From: Octopus bimaculoides
Taxonomy: Eukaryota
Direction of reading: 5' to 3'
DNA length: 64,000 nt
Assembly: GCF_001194135.2 (NCBI RefSeq)
Contig: NC_068998.1
Span: 26,535,312 to 26,599,311 of the forward strand
How positions within the stretch are numbered: position 1 is the first letter of the stretch; every line of letters begins with the position of its first letter. Made by a program: the position numbers and the translations under genes. The notes beneath the pieces were generated by a model. The model had not been told where the DNA came from, searched no databases, and saw only the letters and a program-made list of their open reading frames with translations. Positions 13,850 to 26,461 of this stretch are shown here, piece by piece.

Positions 13850-15355
13850 ACATGGCGTGTACAAGGAGTATTTTTGCTGGAAACCACCGAGTTATAACTT
13901 TTCTCATTGGTACAGTTTTCACCAATATATGATGACGAAATATATATATACGCATTTACATACATGTATACATGTATTCATGTATACATGCATGCATACG
14001 CGCGCACATACATAAACACATGCATCATAAGTACAAAATGCATGCTGAAGTTAAATACAGGAAATGGTCCTATTGTCACTAACAAATGCTGGGGTATATT
14101 CCAAGACTATAGAGAAATCTTTCTGTGATGCTGTTTATACTTTCAATAAACTCCTTGTCGTCTTGGCTGATGAAATCTGAGGATTATGTGATTAATGCAC
14201 AGAAAGTTGGAAACTCCAACGTAACAGATTACTTTTTGTGAATGATTTGAAAGAATGGTATGAAGAAAAGCCTTGACCTAGTTTCGACATTCTCCAAGGA
14301 TACAGTAATGTAGTTTGGCCAAAATATATATTCTTTCGTGGTTGTAAAATGAAGAAGAAATACAAACCTGCTTAGAAGTATTTCTACCAATGGCCTTATT
14401 ATTTCACCGGTATCTGGTGAGGTGTTCTACGAGTCTCAGGAAATGAGTGAAAATATATTCTGCAACTCTTAATAAGGAAAACCGAACTAGGAAATAATAC
14501 ACAAGGATAAAATATAAATACTCTTCAGAACTATTCGTATTCAAGAAATTAGTTGCCCACAATGTGTACTATTATAGCAATTTCGAGGAAGAGGTAAGGC
14601 GATTACATGGATTCCAGTACTCAACTGATACTTACTTTATTGACCCCGAAAGGGTGAAAAACAAAGTTGACTGCGATGGAATTTGAACACAGAAAGTTAA
14701 GACGGACGAAATGTCGCTAAGCATTGTGCCCGGCGTGCTACCGGTTCTATGACTTGCCGGCTTATACAAATATTAAGTCTCTATTAGAAGTTGGATGAAT
14801 TCTGAGCTATTGACGTAAAAACACAGAAAATTTTAATCAAAACCAAAAATGTCCACACTAACACTGAAATAAGCCACGTCTACATACAATGAAAACAATA
14901 CTGCAGAAGTTTAACATCGATTCAAACAACCTTTGAATGTCGCTTCATATCGGTCGACAGTATACCAGTCACCAAATGTTGAAGTATATCCATTGATCAC
15001 CTCGTTATGCAGATAACCTCGTAATAGGAGTTCTTGGCAAGGAGTTCCTTGGAATGTATACACACCTAGAGAAATTTCAATGAATCACTAGTTGGAAAGG
15101 TGTTGTGTTCATGATCAAAATGTACGGCTATGTTATTAGAAAGATTCAGAGACAGCAACACAGCCAAAGTAGCTTGTCTTGGAGTAACAACTAAGATATA
15201 AACTGTCACAGTGAAGGGCATGCTTTTGTAACATAGATACAAGAAATAACAACAAAATGCGTTATACTAAAAAAGGTACAGGGTTCCAGGTAAAACACCA
15301 GAAGCATCAACCGGTAGATTGTGCAGTTAAACACCAAGAACTGCAAGTCTTTTCA
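13850..15355 (+). mobile_element. Decayed R4/Dong-like (RLE-type) non-LTR retrotransposon RT to zinc-finger region, interrupted by a microsatellite and a SINE
   Basis: Manual translation gives AGNHRVITFL (NYRPITCL-like), GIFQD..NLSVMLFILSINSL, NRLLFVNDLK (HLLFVDDLK), LDLVSTFSKDTVM*FG, SEGHAFVT*IQEITTK and GRLC (CRLC-like). The motif order fits R4/Dong-type LINEs. Confidence 0.75.
14585..14762 (-). mobile_element. SINE family A inserted in the R4-like LINE
   Basis: Shared core and tRNA-like head. Confidence 0.85.
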
Positions 15356-17271
15356 GTCTTATCTGCTTGCGATGGTGGTTATTGTGGTGGTTGTGATGGT
15401 GGGTTGGTGACGGTAGTGTGATGATAACGATGGGCCTCCGCGCATTTTCGTCTCATATTCCACTAGGAGTATTTTTGCTGGAAACCACCGAGTTATAACT
15501 TTATACATACATACATACATACATACATACATACATACATAAATAAATAAATACATACATACATACATACATACATACATACATAAATAAATACATACAT
15601 ACATACATACATACAATACATATGGAAAGAAAACAGTTGCGCACTTGCATTTCAAAACATAAATTCTTCTTTCCTCCATAGCAATTTTTCGAATGATGTC
15701 ATCGAAATATACTTGGTAATTTAATAATTCTTAACATCTCTTTCAAGCCATAAAAGGAGCTTTGTCATTTTTGTTTTAACAATACGCTAACGTTTAGATG
15801 TAATATTATTGAAATGGCGTATACAAAGATTAGTATTACTTGATGATTTGTTTACAAAACTGTAAAACTGAAGTACAGTCAAGTTAAATATACATTATTA
15901 ACTCGGATCAATGTTTCGATAATTTGTATTCAATTTAATATCATGAAGATGAATGAGAAGATAATTTTGTCTTCAGCTAATCACTTTTTAACTACTTACT
16001 GTACCCAATTTGCTATAAAATTTTATTATACATCCAGTGTGTCGCTTTTTTGGTCACTTAGTCTACAGTAATCAATCATTATTTAATTCTACTATATCAT
16101 GTGTCTGACCAACTACAATTACTGTAATTAAGTTATATATCTTTCAGATTATCCTTATTTCTAACTGCCTTTCAATTAAATAGTAACAAAATCATGCTCT
16201 TTCATGTTGTTATAAGTTAAACATGACGACATCGGCACATCTATAAATATATGAGTATATGAACTATGAATCATAACTGTGTAGAAGAGTGTAAATGGCT
16301 GCGTGGATAGGATTTAAAATCCTATCCACGCAACAAGTCAAAGCGTTCGTATCGTATCACTAAATCTGCGTTGCATATGAGAAAAGAACATTTAACCGCA
16401 CTGAAAACGGAAAGAACCTAGTTACACCAAGTCGTTCATTTCCCTACAGGGATTAAGCCAGCGAGTGTGCCTCTTCATGTTTGCTCAACCTGCTATTTAT
16501 AACGGCCAAATTTCTATCAAACCTACACTGCAATAAAAAACAGAACATTTGCCTAGCCAGATAAACAGGATGCTACACAGGATTACCATGGTTGAAACGA
16601 TGAGTCAACTTCAAGTTACACAATAACAGCAACGACTTCTTAGAGCTTGTCAGTCTGTTTCCTCCACAACTAAAACAGATTACTACTCCCATCTAATGGT
16701 TTAATGATTCGCTTTAAATCTTCGATCCATAGCCAGTGATAATTATCTCTTGTTTCGTTTTTTACAAGGTTTTAACTCACTTATCTGTAGCAAATACCAT
16801 TAATCGGTGGTAGAATTTACACCCCATTTTGAATATATAAACATTACATAACCCTTCAATTGTTTCAAACCTAGAGACTTCGTTTCCATGTACTGTGTAA
16901 TGAGATATGGTTAACCTACACAGAATTCATCTTCTTTAGCCTTGACAAACTCTGTAAATCAAAGAAGATCGGTTTCGCTAAATATCGAAACTGTTTCGCA
17001 GAGAAGACATGATGGAAGCTTACCGTTATTCTGCAGCATTTGCACAGACTGTTAAATTCACATTAAAGCGGCTGTTATTATTATTTACATAAGAAACACT
17101 AGAAATAACAGAAACAGTACAGATAAATGATTAAATGAATCTGAAGAATTCCAGTAATTTTTTAGCTTCATTGATTGCTTTAAATTTGTCAGAGATGTTT
17201 GTGTGAATGGTTCTCACTAAAGGGGTATGCAGTTCTCTCTCTCTCTCTTCTCTGTGATGTGGGTGTATATC

Positions 17272-17314
<43 letters not shown>

Positions 17315-17699
17315 GGAGGAAATGTCAGTTGAAAGATAAAAGGCTTTTAATTTATGCTGCAATGTTTTGACTCATTAGTTGCAATTATTTAGTAATGAAA
17401 TGAACTTCAGTAAGATAGTAATTTATTTTCATCATCATGATTGTATCAAATAACCTATAAATACAGTGTTACTTCTTGTTATTGACTGTTACGGTACTAT
17501 TGAATGTCTCTAATAAGTAACTAAATACTACTATGATCTTTGTAATTACTGTGATGAGAAAAAAAGTTTAGGTGAGGAATCGACTTCTCAGCAAATGCAG
17601 AGAATTGTTTTAATTACTGATCAGATTACTATTCTTGCAGCAGTTTTTGTTTTTAAAGTGGCATGATGAAAGGTCAGAGATTTTATCTTTAACTCAACT

Positions 17700-18095
17700 A
17701 GCGAGCACTTTCATCATAATTGTCACAAATGTCTCATTTAATTGCTGCCCACTTAATATCTTAGCTATCGTATCTCACTGGTCGCTCACTACATCATGAT
17801 TACTGCTTATTTCTTGTCTTAATTCTCACCAACTTTCATCATGATTGCTACTTCTTTTCAATTATCTGTCACACATTTTATCGTAACTGTCACACACTTC
17901 ACCATAACTGTCACACATTTAGTCATAACTGCCACTCTCTTCATCATAACTGTTACACGCTTCATCCTAACAGTCAAACACTTCTATCATAATTGTTTCT
18001 CACGTCTATCTTAACTGCTATTTCAATCTTCCAGTACGTCATAACTGTATCTTCTACCTTAACAGTCATCCACTCCAGCATAACTCTTCTGCTTT
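17700..18095. repeat. Degenerate ~20-21-bp minisatellite (TTCATCATAACTGTCACACAC-like)
   Basis: Recurrent CATAACTG with roughly 20-nt spacing. Confidence 0.8.
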
Positions 18096-18204
18096 AATTT
18101 CAACTTAAACCGCATTTCTCTCTCAATTTCCTCCCACTTCTCGCCCAGATCATGTCAGAATCGAAGATCTAAGACAAATAACCAAATTGTCACTAAGCAC
18201 CTCT

Positions 18205-18454
18205 GTCGTCAAAAATACAGCATTCAAACTGCTTGGCCACACTAAGGGAAGGATTTGTGACGTCAGCAAGATATCTTTGGAAGGCCTGATAAATGGAAAG
18301 AAAGCCAGAAGTCGGAAACCTAAGAGATGGAGAAATATAGGCAGGTCTTCACATAGTTTCCCCGAACGCTCTTGCCAAAGATCGAATACTGTGGAAGCAA
18401 CTATCTTATGTTAGTGCATATTCTGTCGCAAGCAGAGATAGCTGAATCTGATGA
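18205..18454 (+). mobile_element. RTE-type LINE 3' fragment
   Basis: FKLLGHTKGRICDVSKISLEGLINGKKARSRKPKRW resembles the RTE C-terminal GH..R...LEG.v.G.R.RGRP..RW motif. Confidence 0.65.
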
Positions 18455-20807
18455 CCTGCTCCCCCTCTCTCTCTCAAGTGTCTCCTACTTACTTCTCAAG
18501 TGTCTTCATCTTCCCTCTCAACTATCTCCCACTTCCATCTCATAGTTTCCCACATCCATCACAACTGTTTTCCCAACTTCAATCCGAATTGTCTCCTACT
18601 TCATTCCAACTGTTATTCGTCCCCTTTAAAACTTCACTGCCGCCCCTTTTCTCGTAGTGGTCGCCTAATTCTCTCACCAGAATTACCTGTATTGATTTTC
18701 TTTGGGTTCAAATACATAAAAGGGCCTACGAGATGGGAACTCCGAAATATGAAACACAAAACAGAACTCTGCAGTATTCTCTAGCCTATATCCCAGTCTT
18801 ATATTATTCTTCGAGAATTATGAGACAACAAACACGGAAAAAAACAAGCATGTTACTGAACTATCTTCAACTCCTCTATTACATTCTTTAACAGTGAATT
18901 ATTTTGAAAAATCAGAAAATTAAATTTTGTGCTACTAATATTTGCCTAATATTTGCTGTGCAAATAGCTTGAACTGAGCAGCAAAGCAAGTACTGGACAA
19001 GCCAACGAAGAGCATTTATGTAGTCACCAGACATGCTTAAAGTAGGCCTCCAAACTGTTTCGAATCACACCCTGTTATCTTAATAAAAGTGAAAGATACT
19101 GCTTGTAGTGTGGTCTGAAAATGTGTACCTCTGAAAGTAAGAAGGGGACATTCATGGCTGGAACATTTTGATTACTGGCATCTTTGGCCATGTTTCTTCT
19201 ATTTACCACAGGGCCCCAATAACATAATCTATGGAATGAACTCAATACAATACTGGTAGTCATTTAGTCAATAAGGAAGGAGGAAGATAAAGCCAACTAC
19301 GGTGAGGATTGAAAATAAAATACGAAGGAAAATAATTAAATACTGTAATCTAATGCTTTACTGACTCTGTTTTCCTATCATCTCTTCACCTCTTAAATAG
19401 TGATAAAACCATTCTTTTCTATCTATTAATGCTTCTAACTCCAAGAAATATAGCTCAGCCGAAGAGATTAGAAGAAGTGGTAAGACGAAGATAAAATAGG
19501 TGAAATTATGTTCATGAATTATCAGAATAATTTAGTTTAAAATGTCAGACAGTCGATAGGCTATTATAGTCTCACATTTGGAAGAAATGCCTATAAACTC
19601 TTTAAATATCATATCGCCAACATTTATCCTTAGGTAATGATAATATTTTTGGAAAGGATATTGATAGAATAAGCATTTTTATAGCGCTACGTCAATGTAT
19701 ATTGACCATGTGGTTGTTATTTGCAGATTTAACAGAATTGTTATAATATAATAATAAGATACTTAATTAATTACTGAAGTCTTTGTTTTGTCTTGGTCTC
19801 GTATCGAATTTTCCAAGCCAGGATTCAATTAATTTGTTCTGCAATATCATAGTTGAATATAATTCAAGCGAGTAAATTATGCATTACTTATCCAGTGAAG
19901 TTAATATCATCAAACGCACAGTTAAAAGAGACAACACAATATCATCAGTATATTCACTACCTCCCGCATCTGGATCACGTGTCAAACACCTTAATAAACA
20001 ATCCTCTGAATTTTGTATAGGACATATTAATTATAATTCTACCCCAAAAGCTCTTAACTTTGTAACTTTTGCTTAGCTTCCATTTAGATTAATTTCTTAA
20101 GGGACAATTATAAACTTTTGAACCCTACGTAGCGTTTCAATGACACTAAGTAGAACATAATAGATCAATACAATTTAATTTATGCTCGCGTCTCGTGTTC
20201 CCTGTCACTGTCTAGTATAAAAGGGGGGAAATCTATTAAGTGAAACCAAAGGATTGAATTTAGTCGAAGTCACCCTTGACCTCTAAGCCCCTTGCACTCC
20301 AAATATAATGATATGTCGCTTGGAGATAATCTAGGGCAAGGCTGTTGTCGGACGCTGAAATTCAAGTTTCCAATAAACCTAGTTTACTTGACAATTTTTC
20401 TGCAAATGACCTTGATGTCGAAGCTATTTTAATATGATGAATCAACTCATTTTTCGAAATATTAACCTTCATTTTCTGACCTTCTTATTTCATATTTAGC
20501 AGGGCACGTAGTGCCAATGCATAAATATATTAACCCTTTATCTACTTAATTCTCTGAAACTAGCTTTATTATTCCTCAAAGAAGACTGGTATATATAGCC
20601 GACATGGATGATTGCAAGTAGGTCAGAAACTCGCTATTGTAAATTATTTTCAGCTCACAGTGTTCCGTTACACATATGCACATTTAATTTTAATGAATGC
20701 AACAAATTTATCTCAGGAAGCAGGAGTTTCCATTAATGTTACAACTACAGGCATGAAATATATTATCTGTAATGAAAGGTGTTAAATTGAAGATGATTTA
20801 TCGTCGG

Positions 20808-20879
20808 TCTTCGGTAGTATAGTTATAAGTATCCCCGCCTGTCACGCGGGAGATCGGGATTCAATTCCCCGCCGGGGAG
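20808..20879 (+). tRNA. trnD: tRNA-Asp(GTC), probably a pseudogene
   Basis: 72 nt that match the eukaryotic tRNA-Asp consensus, with anticodon arm CCCGC-CTGTCAC-GCGGG and a paired acceptor stem. The D-loop GG is lost (AGTTATAAG) and the T-arm G53 is changed to A (GATTCAA). A T-run terminator lies ~15-20 nt downstream. Confidence 0.85.
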
Positions 20880-21059
20880 ACGGTACCTTTATTTCTTTTT
20901 TTACTTTACTGAAGCGAGAAACCTGGCATATATCCCTGACAGGACCGAGTGACAAGCCTCTTTTTGTTTCCTGCGTGCTTTTCACATTGACTACTAATAA
21001 AATCATCGCTAACATACACGTAGTCCCATCAAACGACCGATGTTCCAAAGGATTTCATA

Positions 21060-21265
21060 CTTATATGTTTGTGTTTGTTCCCCCAACATCGCTTGACAAC
21101 CGATAGTAGTGTGTTTACGTCCCTGTAACTTAGCGGTTCGGCAAAAGAGACCGATAGACTAAGTACTAGGCTTACAAAGAATAAGTCCTGGGATCGATTT
21201 GCTCGACTAAAGGCGGTGATCCAGCATAGCTGCAGTCAAATGACTGAAACAAGTAAAAGAGAGAG
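21060..21265 (+). mobile_element. SINE family B, 5'-truncated
   Basis: Reverse complement of 11068-11250. Confidence 0.85.
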
Positions 21266-21811
21266 TAGAGAGTATTTTCAAAACTCTGGCCCTAACTTCA
21301 TTTATGTTTTCAACTACGCGGGATTTCGTTGTTTCTTTTTATCTAAAATAAAATACCCTAAAATAATAAAGAGAGAAACATCATTCTAAAGAAAAATCGA
21401 CCCACTTAGAAAATTATGTGAAAAACATCTTCCTATGTAGCAAGATCATTCTATTTACAGCTACTATAATAGATGTTAATTTATTTCTCATTGTGTATGT
21501 ACAACTAAATTGTTCATTTCTAAAATCAAAGCAAAAGAATTATAGGCTTACATTTTATAAAGACATGTTACATAAATCTGTTAGTGTATGTGTTACTTAT
21601 AGTCAGATTTAGGAGGCATCCTTATGGTTTAATTTCTTAACGCAATTTTTCTCAGAAAATACTCATTCAAATTTTCAATTTCTAATAAATTCAGTTTTCA
21701 TCTTGAACTATCTTTGTTCCGTTTTTATGGTCATTCATTTAATAACATATATTACGAAAATTGTTCTTTAGAAGGCAATCTGGAGTGGTGAGGGTGATGA
21801 TATGGAAATGT

Positions 21812-21985
21812 AATATGCTAAGGGGATGCACTGGACAGCACTGCCCCCTCACTTATTCAATGATGCACTCTTAGATTTACAGTGATACACTTATTCCGAA
21901 ACGTCACTTTAGAATTATTACAAATTAGCGCCCACCCAGAATATCCTGAAGTACTCCCAGGCGTCAAAGTCTGGCGACGGGCTTG
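21812..21985. repeat. Dispersed ~170-bp repeat, with a second copy at ~48092-48245
   Basis: Shared GCTAAGGG.ATG.ACTGGAC..CACTGC.CCCTCAC..ATTCAATG and CACTTTAGAATTATTACAAATTAG. The end GTCTGGCGACGGGCTTG is TIR-like. Confidence 0.75.
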
Positions 21986-22345
21986 TCCTCTCAACCTTTC
22001 TACACCAGATAAATTTGAGGCAAACAGATGTGAAAATTCCTTTGAAACAATAGAGGGGAAAATGTTGTAACTCTGCAGTCTTGGTCATTTGCGTAATGGC
22101 AAAACATTTGCTACATATTTAGTTGTAAGTAATAATGATGAACAATTTCAGTAAATGCGCATAGACTGGGAGAAATGATGCGGATACTGATGTTCCCTTG
22201 TGACGTGAATAATAAATTTAAATTGAAAAATGACAGAAGAAAATAATGTGTCTGCCGAATAATTAACACGATTTAAAACGAACGGAAAATAGTGTCAATA
22301 TATTTCAAAGCTTTAGAAGTTTAAGAATATTTTTAGCAGCGAAAG

Positions 22346-22453
<108 letters not shown>

Positions 22454-23659
22454 TACTAATATTATATGGCTTTTCCTGGGCAAAGAGGGGAGAGAATCCT
22501 AGACATGCTTTAGTCTTATTATGACCTCTTTAGTAAGGCATAGCTTTCATCGTACGTGCTGAAGATATTACTATGTGAGTGTACAAGATTATACATCGAT
22601 TAGCGTAGAAAAGCAGAAATGTTTAAAGTATGTTGAACAGAATGATGGCGTCTTTGAGTTTTTATGATTTTGACTTGGGCTCTCAAATTCTAACGGGCCC
22701 CAGGAAGATTGAACTTAATAGAACCAGAGTCAATTTCACCGACCCTAACAATTCAATCAATTCGAAACTCGGTGTAAATGGAAAATTAAAATAATTAAAT
22801 TAGCACTGGTGATTAGTACAGACACCTGTCAGTGTTTTAGAAGAATTTATTTAAGAATGTAGTAGCAACGAATTCAAAGACAAAGTTTTCAGTGACACGG
22901 CATTGCTAATTGTTCAGTAACAGTTCTAGATGGTGATAAATAAAACTAGTAGACTGAATAGTAAAACAAAACGATATATTTTGATATAGTTGTATTATGC
23001 AAATCGTTCCTAATCGAGGAAGCCTATGATCAATAGTATGCCAATCATGCACAAACTGTTTTTGTTTTTTTTCTGTAGGCATTATGTCTCTCATTATTTT
23101 ATCTATTGTAGTCTTAAATATCTAGATTTGAGAGAAATTAGATTGTTTGCTGGTAGATTAAACGACCCCATTGAGGCTCTTTTGTTGATTCGCAATGGTA
23201 TGCTTTTTTTTTTTTTAATAGTATGTTTGTTTTTTAAGTGGAATACATAGACAAAAATGAAGTACATTAGTAGTATGCTCTGAATATAATGTCATGACAA
23301 ACAGTTCTTTTTTTTCCCTCCCTTATTTATGTGCAGTGAGGTAAAAATAATGTTATATTTGAGCTACTGCGACTAAAACGTTATTTCAATCAGTAGACAT
23401 TTTACAATGAATTGGTTTACTAAACACCAAATGACTGTAGTTCACAAGTTGAACTTTGTAGTTTAAAAAAAATGTTCGCTTGACATTTTTCACAGTTGTT
23501 TTGAAAGACTGAAAAATATACATGACTTAGACGATATACCGAATGACATTTTTTTTCAACGGCTAAAAGAATTTTTTCCTTCACACAAGATTTGATGTGA
23601 GTTGCTTGTAACATTAACATTAACATTATTGTTAGTGCACAACTCGTCTGTGATGTAAG

Positions 23660-24334
23660 CAGTGGCGGCTCGTATATCGACACTGCGGAACTGCAGCAGC
23701 CCCTATTTTCACTCAATGTTATCGATAACATTCAATATAATGAGTCTTATTTTCTCTAATTCTTTCTTTATACTTGCACATCCTTAAGCTTAATGTCAGT
23801 AGCCATCCCCTAGTTTATGAAGAAAAAAACAAAAATCCTTGTATAGAACTGTGCGCTTCACAGTTCCAGCCACGTGGTGTTTAGCTGTTGTGCGCGTGCT
23901 CACATGTCTGAGATAGGAAGCTTCAAATTAGGGACCGACAACACTGTCGTTCACGCAGTGCCGGTGGAAGGTAATGTTTCTTTTTGACTCCGCGTATGTT
24001 GTGCTTAAAAACGTGCTTATATTCTTGAATGTGATAAAGAGGAGAATTAGATTATTATCCTGCTTCCAGCTTCAGTGCTGCTGCCAGGATTTGGAAAACA
24101 GGGCAGATTTTCTCCCCTTATTTTATGATTTAGTGGGGATTTTTGAAAATCAAGGGCGGATTCGCGGCGGTGTTCAGTGAACAAATTAAATACACTACCC
24201 GGCAGTGGTTAAAACGCGAACCGATCAAGTTTATCTATGAATATACTTTTTATATGTTTGTTTCTTTTTACACAATATTAAAACAACGGCTAAAAATTTT
24301 CTGAAGCATTGATTTTATCTATGAGCCGCCATTG
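23660..24334. mobile_element. hAT-type non-autonomous DNA transposon (675 bp)
   Basis: TIRs CAGTGGCGGCTCGTATAT and reverse-complement CAATGGCGGCTCATAGAT match at 15/18. The 8-bp flanks GATGTAAG (23652-23659) and AATTTAAG (24335-24342) match at 6/8, consistent with a hAT TSD. There is no transposase. Confidence 0.75.
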
Positions 24335-24465
24335 AATTTAAGCATACTTGTCTTTTTTTTTTTTTTTTCACTGAGGCAAGTTTTGGTGACGTTCACAAAC
24401 ATACACACGCATTCATTATATGTATATGCCCACATACATATGCGACGGAATTCTGCAGAACTTTT

Positions 24466-26166
24466 CAATTTTAATTTTGATTTTGGAACTTACGTGTGAT
24501 CTACTTTCTTGAAGGTTTCTGCCCAGGTGCGTTAAAATTGAACAGTTATAATTGTTGATTTATTGTTGATTTGTTACCGTTTTTACGGAACACAGCTTGT
24601 GCAGCAAGCTCGTGTTTTTTGTTTATTTCTTCCCCCTACCGCGCGGGATGGAAGCAGAGATGCCTAATATAGGCGAAGAAGAAAGAACTGGAAGCTACGC
24701 GTCAGTAGCAGGACAGCAGAATGTGACTGTACCTCAGTTGGAAATGAGAGAGGTGTTTATCCCACTTGAGAAATTGCATGAATGTATGGAATATGCCGAA
24801 AAGGAGGGGGAAAAAGTGAAGTTGACCCCTCCGGAAAATTTAATTGCTGAAGCCAAGAGAAAGACTATTATCTACAGGACTCTATACCTGCCTGGAAATA
24901 AGACCGAAATGGCTCCGGTGGAGGCCATTGAGAAGTGTTTGACTAACTTTAGAAAAGACATTTCATACTACTCACGAGGAAGGAAATACGGTACAGTGGA
25001 GGTAAGATTTTCCTTCGTAGAAATGGCAGTAAAGCACTCCATTGTACCAATAAGAACCGAGGAATGGCTGCTCCTGGGGATAAGAGTCTGTAGGGAAAGG
25101 ATTAGCAGGATTCCGCCGGAAATGAGAGAGGAGTGCATAGCGGTAGCCGTCCTCTCAGGAACCAAAGAAAATCCATTAATCGTACAGGCAACCAGTACAT
25201 AGCAGCTGAATTGTGGGGGTACGGACTAGAATTAATTGTCCAGGCAACACAAGCTGACTTAATTGAGGTGCCCGAAGTGATAGAGTTACCCGACGAAAGA
25301 AAATTAACTGTAACAGTGGAGGGGAGATCTCCTACCTGCTATAGCTGTGGCCAGAAGGAGCACATAAAAAAAGTGTCCCCAAAGCGAAAAAGATCCGGAG
25401 AAAGAAGCAGAAATCCATGCTGAGTACGAGAGAACAGCAAAGGCAGCAGAAGGAAACCAAAACGCAGGTGAATTAGAACAAACTCACGCCGAAGAGGATT
25501 ACATCCAGATTACCAGGAAGAGAGGGAAAAAATAACTCATCTCCTAAAAGTTCAACAAAAAAAAAAGGGAAAATATAGCAATACACACCAAACAGAAATA
25601 ACTACAGAAAACAACACACCCACTCAGCACACACCAGTGCCAGCATTCCTCTGAAAAAAAAACAGCACAGAACCTCTCAGCAAACAGACACCTGCAGACA
25701 TCCAATCCCTGACATCGCAAACTGGTCAATTAGTGATTTATATAACAAATAAATTCATTGGAAAAACTATTAGTAAAATTAAAAACATCATTAGGGTGAA
25801 ACTTTACAAAACGTACCCACCTTAAAGAAAATGTATCTTATTAGATAAGCAAGGACTCGAAACATTACAAAAGTACCACAAAACCGAATTATATCTGGTA
25901 GGAGATGGGGTGACGTTTAAAACCCTACGTCCGGAGATAAGATATGAGGAATTGGGTCCTAATTTTGTTGACTATTGGAATTTTATATAGGATAATGAAC
26001 TGATATGAACAGTAAAAACGCGATTGCTTGAGGGTGGGGCCCAGGCAAGCATGTCCATCCTTATTTGTACAGATGTTCATTTTCATTAATCGTTTTATGT
26101 TCCCATGTGTACTGTCTTTGTCCTTTCCCCTCTGTATTTTAGGCTTCGTGCCCAATAAAAGAATTC
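24466..26166 (+). mobile_element. ORF1-only L1/Tx1-like retroelement with 17-bp target-site duplication
   Basis: TSD AATTCTGCAGAACTTTT (24449-24465) matches AATTCTGCACAACTTTT (26167-26183). The element contains a gag-like ORF1 with a zinc knuckle and has AATAAA just before its 3' end. No EN or RT motifs were seen. Confidence 0.8.
24648..25423 (+). pseudogene. Frameshifted LINE ORF1 (gag-like) with CCHC zinc-knuckle remnant
   Basis: MEAEMPNIGEEERTGSYASVAG... (ATG at 24648) continues in a second frame as VTVEGRSPTCYSCGQKEHIKKVSP, a CX2CX4HX4C motif whose last Cys is replaced by Ser. Confidence 0.8.
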
Positions 26167-26461
26167 AATTCTGCACAACTTTTGTCTACTAGATTCCACT
26201 TACAAAGTAAAACTTAAGATACAATTAAAAATACAGTTAATCTTGTACTGTGATCGAACCCAAAATTACATGACTGCGAAGCAAATGCTTTAACCACTCT
26301 ATGATTGTGCCTATATGTAATAGTTAATTATTGATCATTAAATTAACTAGAAGTATTTCAAATACCTTCTAACGAAAACAGAAATTAGGTCACGTGGTTC
26401 TGTACTTAAAAACTTAACTGTTATGTTCTATTGTTAACATTAGCATCATAGTTTGCCCTTA

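Noticed and set aside
15003-15150. RYADNLVIGVLG..EK..IT..KGVVF..GYVIRK resembling a group II intron RT
   Set aside because: The motif spacing is far too short, and the segment lies inside the R4-like LINE, whose own RT motifs are upstream in other frames. Probably chance.
17700-18095. CRISPR-like array
   Set aside because: Eukaryotic context, degenerate contiguous units, no spacers and no cas genes.
23904-23970. First coding exon MSEIGSFKLGTDNTVVHAVPVE of a host gene
   Set aside because: It lies inside the hAT element, and splicing to the 27659 acceptor gives an early stop. Kept only as an exaptation hypothesis.
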